The position numbers were made by a program, and so were the translations under genes. This document shows, in pieces, positions 18,650-27,500 of a DNA stretch of 37,948 nt. Within the stretch, counting starts at the first letter, position 1, and each line of letters starts with the position of its first letter. The stretch comes from Candidatus Pacearchaeota archaeon (GTDB lineage Archaea; Nanobdellota; Nanobdellia; Pacearchaeales; GW2011-AR1), in the NCBI GenBank assembly GCA_038869535.1, contig JAWCQY010000003.1, positions 1 through 37,948 of the forward strand, read 5' to 3'. The notes below the pieces were generated by a model. It searched no databases. It saw only the letters and a list, made by a program, of their open reading frames with translations, and had not been told where the DNA came from.

Positions 18650-18793
18650 AAAAATAAATATTGGTTTAATTTTTTAGATTCAGAATAATTTTGTGTTTTT
18701 ATTATATTAAAATAAAGAAATAGTAACAAAGTAAAATAATGCTCTTTTTTATCCATAATGAACTGAATACATATTTATAAAAATTTATCAGAT

Positions 18794-19456
18794 TTAAGCT
18801 TCAAAATTAACTTCTTTTTTAGTTTCTTTACCATCGAATTTTGCGATTCTTATAACTTTTCCCCTTCTCTTAGCTAGTTCACGCATTTTTGCGTAATCTG
18901 TCTCTCCTTTGGGCAGAATTATATCAGTTATTATAAAAATATGTTCAATTTGAGCTTTTTTACAATCAGGAATGTCCCAAAAAAAATCGTCTTTAACTTG
19001 TTTGTAGTACCTTTCTTCAAGTTCTAACTGACAGAATTTATCATCTACTTTCATCTCTCCTTTACCGGGTTTTGGAAGTTTATTTTTTATTTTAAGTTTT
19101 ATCCCATCCCCCTCTGCATTTAAAAGAAAGTAATAGATTCTTGGGGCTAAGTTTTTAATATCATTTGGGCTTAAGTCATTAACTTGATAGATCCACTTAC
19201 CCTCCTTTTTTACACCGCTAAAATCTTCTATTTCTTCTTTACTCCAGATATAACCATGGAATTTTACATTTCCTAAATTAGCAACAAATAAAACAAAATC
19301 GTTTGCAAATTCAAAACTACTGCTAATTTTTACATTTTTTGTCTTCCATAAACTTAATAAGGCTTTTTTTCCATACTCCCCTCTTCCAAAACGAATAAAT
19401 TGTTTATGGATTTTTTCGTTTGATTTATTATCAAAAATCTCTTTTATAAAATTCAT
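18794..19456 (-). CDS. Hypothetical soluble Lys-rich protein
   Basis: 220-aa ORF. Start moved to ATG 19456 (MNFIKEIF) because TTTATAAG begins exactly 29 nt upstream. Confidence 0.8.
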   Translation of the reverse strand: MNFIKEIFDNKSNEKIHKQFIRFGRGEYGKKALLSLWKTKNVKISSSFEFANDFVLFVANLGNVKFHGYIWSKEEIEDFSGVKKEGKWIYQVNDLSPNDIKNLAPRIYYFLLNAEGDGIKLKIKNKLPKPGKGEMKVDDKFCQLELEERYYKQVKDDFFWDIPDCKKAQIEHIFIITDIILPKGETDYAKMRELAKRRGKVIRIAKFDGKETKKEVNFEA

Positions 19457-19553
19457 AAAAAAAAATGAAAAATAATCCTTATAAATCTTATCTTTATTTT
19501 TATAAAACAAAGTTTTATAAATTTATTTTGTTTCAAAAAATAAAGAGGGAAAT

Positions 19554-20600
19554 ATGGAAGATCCTAATTTTAAAAAAATAATTGCTACAGTTTTATTAAT
19601 AGCTTTAATTGTTCTTTCCATTCTTGTATTAAAACCTATTTTTACTTCAATAATTATTGCTATGCTTCTTGCATTTATTTTTTCACCAATATATGATTGG
19701 TTAAATAAAAGAATAAAAAATCCAAATATATCCGCAAGCATCATTATTATTAGTTTACTTCTAATAATAATTGTCCCAATCTGGTTTTTAACTCCTATAT
19801 TATTAGAACAAGCATATAACATATTTCAGAGTGTGAGTAAAATAGACTTTGTAACTCCTTTAAAATCTATTTTCCCCCCGCTATTTGCTTCAGAAAAATC
19901 TGCTACAGAAATAGGTACAATAATATCTTCTTTTACAACAAGAATTACAAATTCATTTGTAAATTCAATCGCCCAGATTATTTTAGAATTCCCAAATATA
20001 ATGCTTCATCTTCTTGTAATATTTTTTACACTCTTCTTTCTTTTAAGAGATAAAGAAATAGTTATTAATTATATTAAAAGTATACTTCCTTTTTCAAAAG
20101 AGATAGAAGAGAGAATATTCATAAATTCAAAAAATGTAACCGCTTCAGTTTTATATGGTGAAATTATTGTGGGTATGCTTCAAGGTATGATTCTTTCTAT
20201 AGGATTATTTATTTTTAAAATTCCAAACGCATTATTCTATAGTGTTATTGCAATAATTTTGGGGGTCCTTCCAATTATAGGAACTTTAATCTTATGGGGG
20301 CCTCTTGCAATTTATTTATTTTCAATAAATAATACTATTGCAGCATGGGGTATAGTTTTTTTCGGGGTTTTATCTTCCAATATAGATAATATACTAAGAC
20401 CAATAATTATTTCAAAGAGAACGCATTTACATTCATCAATAGTTTTAATTTCGATGATTGGGGGGCTATTCTTTTTTGGAATACTAGGATTTGTTTTGGG
20501 CCCATTGGTAATATCATATTTATTGATCTTGCTTGAGGTTTATAGGGGTAAAACAAAACCAGAAATAATAATTCGGGAAAATAATAAAGCACTTAAATAA
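19554..20600 (+). CDS. AI-2E (UPF0118/PerM) family transporter
   Basis: FFLLRD, LPIIGT...W.P, IDNILRP.II...LH......MIGG...FG.LG..LGP; GAGGGA SD. Confidence 0.9.
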   Translation: MEDPNFKKIIATVLLIALIVLSILVLKPIFTSIIIAMLLAFIFSPIYDWLNKRIKNPNISASIIIISLLLIIIVPIWFLTPILLEQAYNIFQSVSKIDFVTPLKSIFPPLFASEKSATEIGTIISSFTTRITNSFVNSIAQIILEFPNIMLHLLVIFFTLFFLLRDKEIVINYIKSILPFSKEIEERIFINSKNVTASVLYGEIIVGMLQGMILSIGLFIFKIPNALFYSVIAIILGVLPIIGTLILWGPLAIYLFSINNTIAAWGIVFFGVLSSNIDNILRPIIISKRTHLHSSIVLISMIGGLFFFGILGFVLGPLVISYLLILLEVYRGKTKPEIIIRENNKALK

Positions 20601-20626
20601 AAATCTTTTTTTAATAATTAAGAAGA

Positions 20627-22117
20627 ATGCAACTTAAAATAAAGATTATGAAATGGTCTGCGGGGTTGCCTGTAGCAATGCTTAATTCTAAAATAGCAAG
20701 AAAACTAGGTGTTCATCCTCCCGAAAGAATAAGTATAAAAACGATTTCAAAGAATCCAAAAGAGATAACAACAATTTTAGATATAGTTGATGGTTTTATA
20801 AAGGAAAATGAAATTGCCGTCTCTTCAGAACTAAGAAATTATCTCGATTTCAAAAATGGACAAAAAGTTGAAATAAATCTTGCAGAATATCCTAAAAGTA
20901 TATCAATTATAAAGAAAAAATTAAACAATTATTCTCTTTCTCAAAAAGAAATGGATATGATTGTTAGAGATATTGTAAATAATTCACTATCTGATGCAGA
21001 AATTGCACTTTTTATATCTGCGACTTATCAAAGAGGTATGTCAATGAAAGAAATAATATATCTTATCAAAGCGTTACAAAAAACAGGATTCCAACTTAAA
21101 TTTAAAAAGAAAATAATAGCTGATAAACATTCTATAGGAGGGATTCCTGGAAATAGAACGACTCCTATAGTTGTTTCAATTTGTGCTGCTGCTGGATTAA
21201 CAATGCCCAAAAATTCTTCGAGAGCAATAACAAGCGCAGCAGGTACCGCAGATGTTATAGAAACTATCGCTAATGTTGAATTCAATTTGAATGAACTTAA
21301 GAATATAATCAAAAAAACAAATGCGTGTATGATATGGAGCGGGACTCTTGGGTTAGTTCCGGCTGATTATAAAATAATTAAAATAGAAAAGTCTCTAAAA
21401 ATTGATCCAGAACCACAGTTAATAGCTTCTATAATGTCAAAAAAACTTGCTGCCGGAAGTACTCACATAATTATAGATATACCTTATGGAAAAGGCGCAA
21501 AAACAAACAAAAAGCAAGCTTTAGCTTTGAAAAAGAAGTTTGAATATCTTGGAAAATACTTTGGAAAAAATCTTAAATGTGTTCTTACAAAAGGAAATCA
21601 ACCTATAGGGAATGGGATTGGTCCAGTCTTAGAACTTAAAGATGTAATAAAAATTTTGGATCCAAATGAAAAAGACGAAAATCGTCCACTTGACTTAAAA
21701 GAAAAAGCTATATTTCTTGCAGGAGAAATTTTTGAGTTAACCGGTAAAGCGAAAAAAGGTGAGGGTAAAAAGCTCGCTAAAGAAATTCTTGATTCTGGTA
21801 AGGCATTTAAAAAATTTAAAGAAATTATAAAAGCACAAAGAGGGAGTCTTAGCCGTATAAAGGATGCAAAATTTAGTTATGATATTCATGCAAAAAAATC
21901 TGGTAGAATCTTAGAAATAAACAACGAGAGAATAAATTCTCTAGCAAGAGTTGCGGGATGTCCAATTGATAAATCCGCCGGAGTCTATTTATATCGTCAT
22001 CTAAATCAACGAGTTAAAAAAAATGAGAGAATTTTAACAATTTATACAGAATCAAAACTAAGACTTAATGAAGCAATAAAATATTATAAAAAATTTCCTT
22101 CAATTATCATAAAATAA
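20627..22117 (+). CDS. deoA: AMP phosphorylase (thymidine phosphorylase family)
   Basis: DKHSIGGIPGNRTT, KNSSRAITSAAGTAD.IE, ASIMSKK, QPIGNGIGP.LE, plus the extra N-terminal domain of AMP phosphorylases. Confidence 0.93.
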   Translation: MQLKIKIMKWSAGLPVAMLNSKIARKLGVHPPERISIKTISKNPKEITTILDIVDGFIKENEIAVSSELRNYLDFKNGQKVEINLAEYPKSISIIKKKLNNYSLSQKEMDMIVRDIVNNSLSDAEIALFISATYQRGMSMKEIIYLIKALQKTGFQLKFKKKIIADKHSIGGIPGNRTTPIVVSICAAAGLTMPKNSSRAITSAAGTADVIETIANVEFNLNELKNIIKKTNACMIWSGTLGLVPADYKIIKIEKSLKIDPEPQLIASIMSKKLAAGSTHIIIDIPYGKGAKTNKKQALALKKKFEYLGKYFGKNLKCVLTKGNQPIGNGIGPVLELKDVIKILDPNEKDENRPLDLKEKAIFLAGEIFELTGKAKKGEGKKLAKEILDSGKAFKKFKEIIKAQRGSLSRIKDAKFSYDIHAKKSGRILEINNERINSLARVAGCPIDKSAGVYLYRHLNQRVKKNERILTIYTESKLRLNEAIKYYKKFPSIIIK

Positions 22118-22203
22118 TTTTTAGATAATTTATAAAATCAATAATTTGATACAGATTATCTCTCAATAATTATATTTTTAAACCCGATAGTATTAATACT
22201 TCC

Positions 22204-22476
22204 ATGAGAGAAGATTCTCAAAGGAAAAAAATTATTGAATATTTTCAAAAGAATCTAAAAAAAGGTTATACTCTAGAATCCCTTAAATGGGCCTTGATTG
22301 GGCAGGGTTATTCTAGAACTGCAGTGGAATTAGCAATACAAGAACTTAATAAAGAGCTTGCAAAGAGAGCACCTATTCTTAAAGAAGAACCTATAATAAA
22401 ACATGAGATTATAGACGAAAATAATAACCCTATAAAAATTAAAAAATCTTGGTGGCAAAAAATTTTTAGATTATAA
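22204..22476 (+). CDS. Small hypothetical protein
   Basis: 90-aa ORF with TATA at -29; Y...NL.KGY....K.AL..QGY helical motif and amphipathic KKSWWQKIF tail. Confidence 0.75.
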   Translation: MREDSQRKKIIEYFQKNLKKGYTLESLKWALIGQGYSRTAVELAIQELNKELAKRAPILKEEPIIKHEIIDENNNPIKIKKSWWQKIFRL

Positions 22477-22540
22477 TTTTTCTTAAATTTTTTTAGTATA
22501 ATGTTTATTTTAAATCATTTATAGTATCTATAAAAAATAA

Positions 22541-22621
22541 CGCCCCCGCCAGGAATCGAACCTGGAAGCCCGTAAGGGCCCGGTTCTCAAGACCGGTGCA
22601 CTACCATTATGCGACGGAGGC
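22541..22621 (-). tRNA. tRNA-Ser (anticodon TGA)
   Basis: Acceptor GCCTCCG/CGGGGGC with G73, anticodon arm CCGGT-CTTGAGA-ACCGG, variable arm GCCC-TTAC-GGGC, T arm CCAGG-TTCGATT-CCTGG; no intron, no encoded CCA. Confidence 0.95.
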
Positions 22622-22669
22622 TTGATTAAATGATTATTTCTATCATTTTAAAACTTTAGCGTTTTTAAA

Positions 22670-22742
22670 AGCCTCAGGCAGGATTTGAACCCGCGACCCC
22701 CGCTTTACGAAAGCGATGCTCTACCAGCTGAGCTACTGAGGC
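22670..22742 (-). tRNA. tRNA-Thr (anticodon CGT)
   Basis: Acceptor GCCTCAG/CTGAGGC, D arm GCTC/GAGC, anticodon arm TCGCT-TTCGTAA-AGCGG, T loop TTCAAAT. Confidence 0.96.
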
Positions 22743-22864
22743 GGAAAATAAATATAATAAAAACAAATAAAACCTATATAAAAGCCTTATCAACAAAGGA
22801 TATACTCCAATTTTAAGATAATCTAGACTAGTAAATAGAAAATTCCCTAGAGATAATCAATAAG

Positions 22865-23155
22865 TTATCCGAAGAGTGCAGATAAACCCTCTACAGCAGC
22901 TTTCTTTTCTTCTTTTGGTTTTTCTTCTTTTTTTTCTTCGCCAGATTCATGACTTGCTTGTAGGGGAGCAGCTGTAACTAAAGATGCAGATTCGAGTTCC
23001 TTATCTATGTTAATGCCCTTAAGGCTTGTAACAATAGATTTGATTTTTGATTCATCTGCTTGTACTCCTGAAGCAACAATTACATTATACAAGTTGCTTT
23101 CATTGATTTCTTTACCTAGTTTATGCAACAAAAGAGCTGCGTATAAATACTCCAT
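22865..23155 (-). CDS. rpl12: Ribosomal stalk protein P1 (aL12)
   Basis: [11 protein letters not shown]...GLSALFG. Start moved to ATG 23155, downstream of a GGAGG SD. Confidence 0.96.
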   Translation of the reverse strand: MEYLYAALLLHKLGKEINESNLYNVIVASGVQADESKIKSIVTSLKGINIDKELESASLVTAAPLQASHESGEEKKEEKPKEEKKAAVEGLSALFG

Positions 23156-23201
23156 GCCTATTTCCTCCAAATTTATTTATTGATTATTTATTCTTGTAAA
23201 C

Positions 23202-23999
23202 TTAGTTTTTTAAATCTTCTTCATTTTTATTAATAAATTTTTCTAAAATTTTTTTATGGATTACTGCTTTTTGAATTAAAAATCTTATCGTATCCGAACA
23301 AAAATAGGAGATACTAACCGCAAAACTAAGGGATTTATAAAAAGCTTCTTTTAATTCTTTAATAGTCTTTTCTTGGTCAATTTCTATATTTGTATAAATT
23401 TTATTTTCTTTTTTATTATAAGCGACTAGTGGCACAAATCCGACGGAGAAGGGTTTTATATCTAATTTATTCATTATATCTACCGCAGAATTAGAAATTT
23501 TTTCTCCTTTTTTAAGAATTGTTTTGGGTTCTTTTATTGTTATTTTGCCTTTTTCTATTAAAATCTTAATTCCAAGGGCTCCAAATTCGCTTATAATTGG
23601 TCCACTCATTAAATCTGTAGGACCAGCAGGAATTACGATATCGGTTGGAGCGAACTGCCCAGCCCTTGCTTTAACAAAACTTTTTTTATTTACAAGTTCT
23701 AAGGCTAATTCAAAAGGATCGATATCTGAGAATAAGATTGCATAATCTTTATTTATATAATCTTTAATTTTTTTCACCAATTCATTTTTGGATAAATCAA
23801 TAGCCTTAAAAATTATATTTTTCTTTGGGACCTTTACTACAGCTTTTCCCCTAAGTTTTTTTACAATTTCTTGGTATTGAGATGCACTTATATCTTTTAT
23901 GGATACTAAAAGTATAGTACTCTTATTATTTATTAAATTACTAAGTTCAGAAACCATCTTTATTTTTTCTTCTGAAACTCTTGAAGTTTTGGTTTTCAT
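23202..23999 (-). CDS. rpl10: 50S ribosomal protein uL10 (aP0), short C-terminus
   Basis: ARAG..AP.DIVIPAGPT...GP; lies between uL1 and P1. Confidence 0.94.
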   Translation of the reverse strand: MKTKTSRVSEEKIKMVSELSNLINNKSTILLVSIKDISASQYQEIVKKLRGKAVVKVPKKNIIFKAIDLSKNELVKKIKDYINKDYAILFSDIDPFELALELVNKKSFVKARAGQFAPTDIVIPAGPTDLMSGPIISEFGALGIKILIEKGKITIKEPKTILKKGEKISNSAVDIMNKLDIKPFSVGFVPLVAYNKKENKIYTNIEIDQEKTIKELKEAFYKSLSFAVSISYFCSDTIRFLIQKAVIHKKILEKFINKNEEDLKN

Positions 24000-24631
24000 T
24001 TTTCTCCTATTACTATCTTTTGTGGTTTAGTCATAGTAAATTTAATTTCTAAATTTTTTACATTCTCTCTTCCTTTAGGTAATACCTTTAAGACAGCATT
24101 ATAAACAGTAAGGATATTCTCTATTATTTCAGAATCTTTCATACTTTCTTTACCTATTGCGAGCTTTATGCTTGATTCCTTAACCTTTATTTTTATATTA
24201 TTATTTATTTTTTTCTTTATGTTCGAGATCTCTTTTTCATTTACATCCATTAAGATACCAAGTTGTGGGGAAGGCATTTTTCCAGCAGGTCCAAGAACAC
24301 GCCCAAAAACAGTTGCAATTTTTGGCATGAGGTTTGCCTGTGCAATAAAAAAATCAAATTTTTTTACAAGTTTTTTTAAAGCTTTTTTATCTGAATAAAT
24401 TTTGAATTGTTCAGGAGTTATTGTTTCAATGTCCTTACTTGGAGACATTAAAAAAGCACAAATTTTCTTGTCTTTTATTTTATGTGGGATATCCAAAAAA
24501 AGATTTATTTGATTTTTTTTAGGGTCAAATTTTTTTAAATTAATTATTAAATCAACCGTCTGGTTAAACTTTCTTTTTTTAGAATTTCTTAATTCAGATA
24601 GAGCTTTTTCTAATTGTTTATTTAGTTCCAT
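23996..24631 (-). CDS. rpl1: 50S ribosomal protein uL1
   Basis: RKFNQTVDLIINLK; FGRVLGPAGKMP; K.TM. Confidence 0.96.
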   Translation of the reverse strand: MELNKQLEKALSELRNSKKRKFNQTVDLIINLKKFDPKKNQINLFLDIPHKIKDKKICAFLMSPSKDIETITPEQFKIYSDKKALKKLVKKFDFFIAQANLMPKIATVFGRVLGPAGKMPSPQLGILMDVNEKEISNIKKKINNNIKIKVKESSIKLAIGKESMKDSEIIENILTVYNAVLKVLPKGRENVKNLEIKFTMTKPQKIVIGEK

Positions 24632-24696
24632 TTATAACCTCCCACTTTTAAACGTTAATACTTAAGAGAGTATATTAACGATGTGGTCCAAGCGGC
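24632..24696 (-). promoter_or_regulatory. Structured rpl1 5' leader, candidate uL1 autoregulatory site
   Basis: TATA TTTATAAA at 24725-24718 predicts a start at G24696. Fold: GCC/GGU, asymmetric loop GCUUGGA/GA, CCAC/GUGG, inner 8-bp hairpin CGUUAAUA/UAUUAACG. The SD GGAGGU is inside the motif. Confidence 0.75.
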
Positions 24697-24771
24697 AAAA
24701 TTGCTAGATTTTATTGATTTATAAAATTTACTATGATAATATTTATAAACCATTATTTTACTATTTTATAA

Positions 24772-25053
24772 ATGAAATATTATCTCATTTATTCTTCCGA
24801 TGATCCAAGAATATTTTCATTAATTTCTTCTTCATCAAAAGGTTTAGAAAAAATTTTAGTTAGAGAAGATAAAAATTTATTTAGGGATGGAAATATACCA
24901 AAACCAGAATTTGGGATAAAGGACCAGGATAATTACGAAGTGGATTTGACTAGTGTTAGTAAGGTATTTTACAATATTGTCCCCCTCACCAAAGAAGATG
25001 TTTTATCATTTTTGAATTTTTATAACTCAAATGAGAATAGGAAAAAACAATAA
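24772..25053 (+). CDS. Hypothetical protein
   Basis: 93-aa ORF with TTTATAAA at -30; no recognised motif. Confidence 0.65.
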   Translation: MKYYLIYSSDDPRIFSLISSSSKGLEKILVREDKNLFRDGNIPKPEFGIKDQDNYEVDLTSVSKVFYNIVPLTKEDVLSFLNFYNSNENRKKQ

Positions 25054-25084
25054 TTATTATAAAAGATATTAATCTTAATAAAAG

Positions 25085-25435
25085 ATGGAATTAGTTGCAT
25101 TACTCTCTTCTGGAAAAGGGACATGGGGGCAAGTTTCTGGGTTAATTAAGTATGGAGAGTGGGATAAAATTATTTTGCTTGGAAATCATTTTGCAAAGAA
25201 ATTTACAGCAGAAAAATCATTCGAATTCATTGAAATTGATACAAGTAAAAAGATCTCTGAATTAAAAAAAGAATTTTTAGAGAAGCTTAAAGGAAAAATA
25301 TCTGGGACAGAAGTTGCTTTAAGCATAGCTTCTGGGGATGGAAAAGAACACATGGCCCTTATTTCCGCATTAATAAATCTTCCAGTTGGAATAAGATTTG
25401 CGGTACTAACTAAAGACGGATTAATTGATTTGTAA
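25085..25435 (+). CDS. Hypothetical small alpha/beta protein (possibly CARF-like)
   Basis: 116-aa ORF with TATA at -29; alternating beta/alpha pattern with LSSGKGTW and SIASGDGKEH loops. Confidence 0.75.
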   Translation: MELVALLSSGKGTWGQVSGLIKYGEWDKIILLGNHFAKKFTAEKSFEFIEIDTSKKISELKKEFLEKLKGKISGTEVALSIASGDGKEHMALISALINLPVGIRFAVLTKDGLIDL

Positions 25436-25444
25436 TTTTTTTAT

Positions 25445-26869
25445 TTATCTAAAAAAAGAAATCCCCCAAAAGATTACGATTAATAAAAAAAGTATTAAAA
25501 AGAACTTTGTTGTAAATTCAAACAATCTCTTTGCTATTTTTTCATTTTTTGTAATACTCCATATACCAAGATAAAAAAATCTACCCCCATCAAAGATCCC
25601 TACGGGTAACATATTAATTAATGCAACACTTGAACTTATTATAATAACCCACCAAATTAAATTATAAAAGAATACGCTCGCTCCATCAAATAATGGTTTA
25701 TAGTAAACGTGGGGTTCCCTAGGCGAAATCTCTTCCCCAATTCTACTCAAAAAACCACTTTTTTGTCTATTAAGGAAAGCTATCCCTAACCAAGCATCTC
25801 CCTTATTTCTAGGATTTTCTTCAAGAAGAATTTTTACCTTTACGGGGCCATTATCAGATAGTGTTGTTATTTCAATTTCATCACCAGGAGAATATTTTTT
25901 AAGTTCTAAAATTAATTCACTGATACTTTTTACCTTTACACCATTAATTTCTGTTATTATACTACTTAAATTATTTTTAATAGCTGGAGCAGAATAATAC
26001 ACTGATATGGTTTCGCTACCTTTTTGTTTTTCAAGTATATCTTTTGTTGCTAAATAGCTCTTTCCATTATACTTCAATTCGTTGAATCCTACTTCATGTG
26101 TAAAATTAAGAATTTGATCATAGGATGGATTATTAAGGGAGATATTATTAATAGACGATATCCCGGAAAGAGGTATACTGGCTTCTGCATATCTATCAAA
26201 GATAACTCCGGATGGAGTGAACGCTATAAAAGAAAAAATTATTAATATTATGAAAAAGAAAATTGCAACTATTACATTTGCAAAAGTTCCTGCAGAGAGG
26301 ACCGCCATCTGTGAAAATCTTGATTTTTTATTCATTATTTTTTCTTCTGGTTCTACAAAAGCGGCAAGAAATATTGGAAAGAAATATGGGAAAAATCCAA
26401 AACCAGTATTTTTTATTTTGATTTTGTTGTATGCAGCAAAAATTCCATGAGCCATTTCATGTGTTATAGCAATTATTGCAATTATCAAAATCCAGTATGT
26501 AAAGTAAAAAGGTGGTAGAAATTCTAGTTTGAAAACTTGTGGAAGATATGGTACAAGAGGTAAAATTGGGGGGATCTTTATAGTTCTTACAATCTCTGGA
26601 TTAAAAAAATAAACTTTTACCAAAACATAAGTAAGATAGATCATTCCAACCATTAAAAAAAATCCAGACAGAATTGAGAAATAACTTAAGAGATTAATGG
26701 TTTTTTTATATTTTTTACCTATTCTATTTATAAGTTTTATCCCCCATGTTGTTTTATAGAGGTAAAGAAGCCCTTCTCTTTTTAGATTATCTTTTCTTTT
26801 ATATAAGAAAGTTGATACTAAAACAAGGAAGATTATTAAAAAAATTATATCATATATAAAAAAACTCAT
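25445..26869 (-). CDS. Site-2 protease (M50) with PDZ-like domain
   Basis: HEMAHG, AAFVEP, SAGTFAN, NMLPVGIFDGG; SAPA...ITEING PDZ segment. Confidence 0.93.
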   Translation of the reverse strand: MSFFIYDIIFLIIFLVLVSTFLYKRKDNLKREGLLYLYKTTWGIKLINRIGKKYKKTINLLSYFSILSGFFLMVGMIYLTYVLVKVYFFNPEIVRTIKIPPILPLVPYLPQVFKLEFLPPFYFTYWILIIAIIAITHEMAHGIFAAYNKIKIKNTGFGFFPYFFPIFLAAFVEPEEKIMNKKSRFSQMAVLSAGTFANVIVAIFFFIILIIFSFIAFTPSGVIFDRYAEASIPLSGISSINNISLNNPSYDQILNFTHEVGFNELKYNGKSYLATKDILEKQKGSETISVYYSAPAIKNNLSSIITEINGVKVKSISELILELKKYSPGDEIEITTLSDNGPVKVKILLEENPRNKGDAWLGIAFLNRQKSGFLSRIGEEISPREPHVYYKPLFDGASVFFYNLIWWVIIISSSVALINMLPVGIFDGGRFFYLGIWSITKNEKIAKRLFEFTTKFFLILFLLIVIFWGISFFR

Positions 26870-26881
26870 TTTATATTTATT

Positions 26882-27043
26882 TTATTTTTTTCTTAATGGT
26901 CTAAATGCCCTTTTTTTACATTTTCTACATTTGACTTTTCCTTTTAAAATCTTTTGAGGATCTGATCTAATTTTAGTTTGACAATTCTTACATACAAAAA
27001 CATTCTTAAAGAGTCTATTTTGAGTTTCCAATATTTTAGCCAT
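26882..27043 (-). CDS. rpl40e: 50S ribosomal protein eL40
   Basis: Not in ORF track: MAKILETQNRLFKNVFVCKNC...KCRKCKKRAFRPLRKK (53 aa, Zn finger). Confidence 0.88.
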   Translation of the reverse strand: MAKILETQNRLFKNVFVCKNCQTKIRSDPQKILKGKVKCRKCKKRAFRPLRKK

Positions 27044-27052
27044 ATCTATCAG

Positions 27053-27439
27053 TTATAGCTTCCTTTTAATTATTTTTTTTCCTTCAATATCCCAATATTC
27101 TACATTATCCCCCTCTTTGATTTCAGATTTTATCTCTTTAGAACATCCTATTTCAATAGTTTCGAAATTTTCTAAATCCATCATACTTAATCTATTCCCT
27201 ATAGATAGAATTTGTCCTTTTCTTTTATCGACAAGCGGGACCTCGAATCTTTCATGGCCCGGTACAGCAAGTATTTTTTTTTGTTCATTTATTATCCCTT
27301 CGGCTTCTATTCTACATTTACTTGCCCCATGTTTTCCGGTTTTGCTTATATCAATTTTTTTTACTGTGTAGGGTTCACCATCAATCATTATACTTACGCC
27401 AGGTTTTGCTTCCGTTGCGCTAATGATTTTTAATACCAT
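27053..27439 (-). CDS. eif5a: Translation factor aIF-5A
   Basis: Hypusine loop SKTGKHGASK. Confidence 0.96.
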   Translation of the reverse strand: MVLKIISATEAKPGVSIMIDGEPYTVKKIDISKTGKHGASKCRIEAEGIINEQKKILAVPGHERFEVPLVDKRKGQILSIGNRLSMMDLENFETIEIGCSKEIKSEIKEGDNVEYWDIEGKKIIKRKL

Positions 27440-27500
27440 TTTTTAACTATTAGAAGAAAAGTAAAAATATATTTAAAAAGGTTTAGTTATTTTCTTTTTG

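Noticed and set aside
22541-22621. tRNA with a long variable arm as tRNA-Sec or an opal suppressor
   Set aside because: The anticodon on the coding strand is UGA (reads Ser UCA), not UCA, and the acceptor stem is a normal 7 bp.
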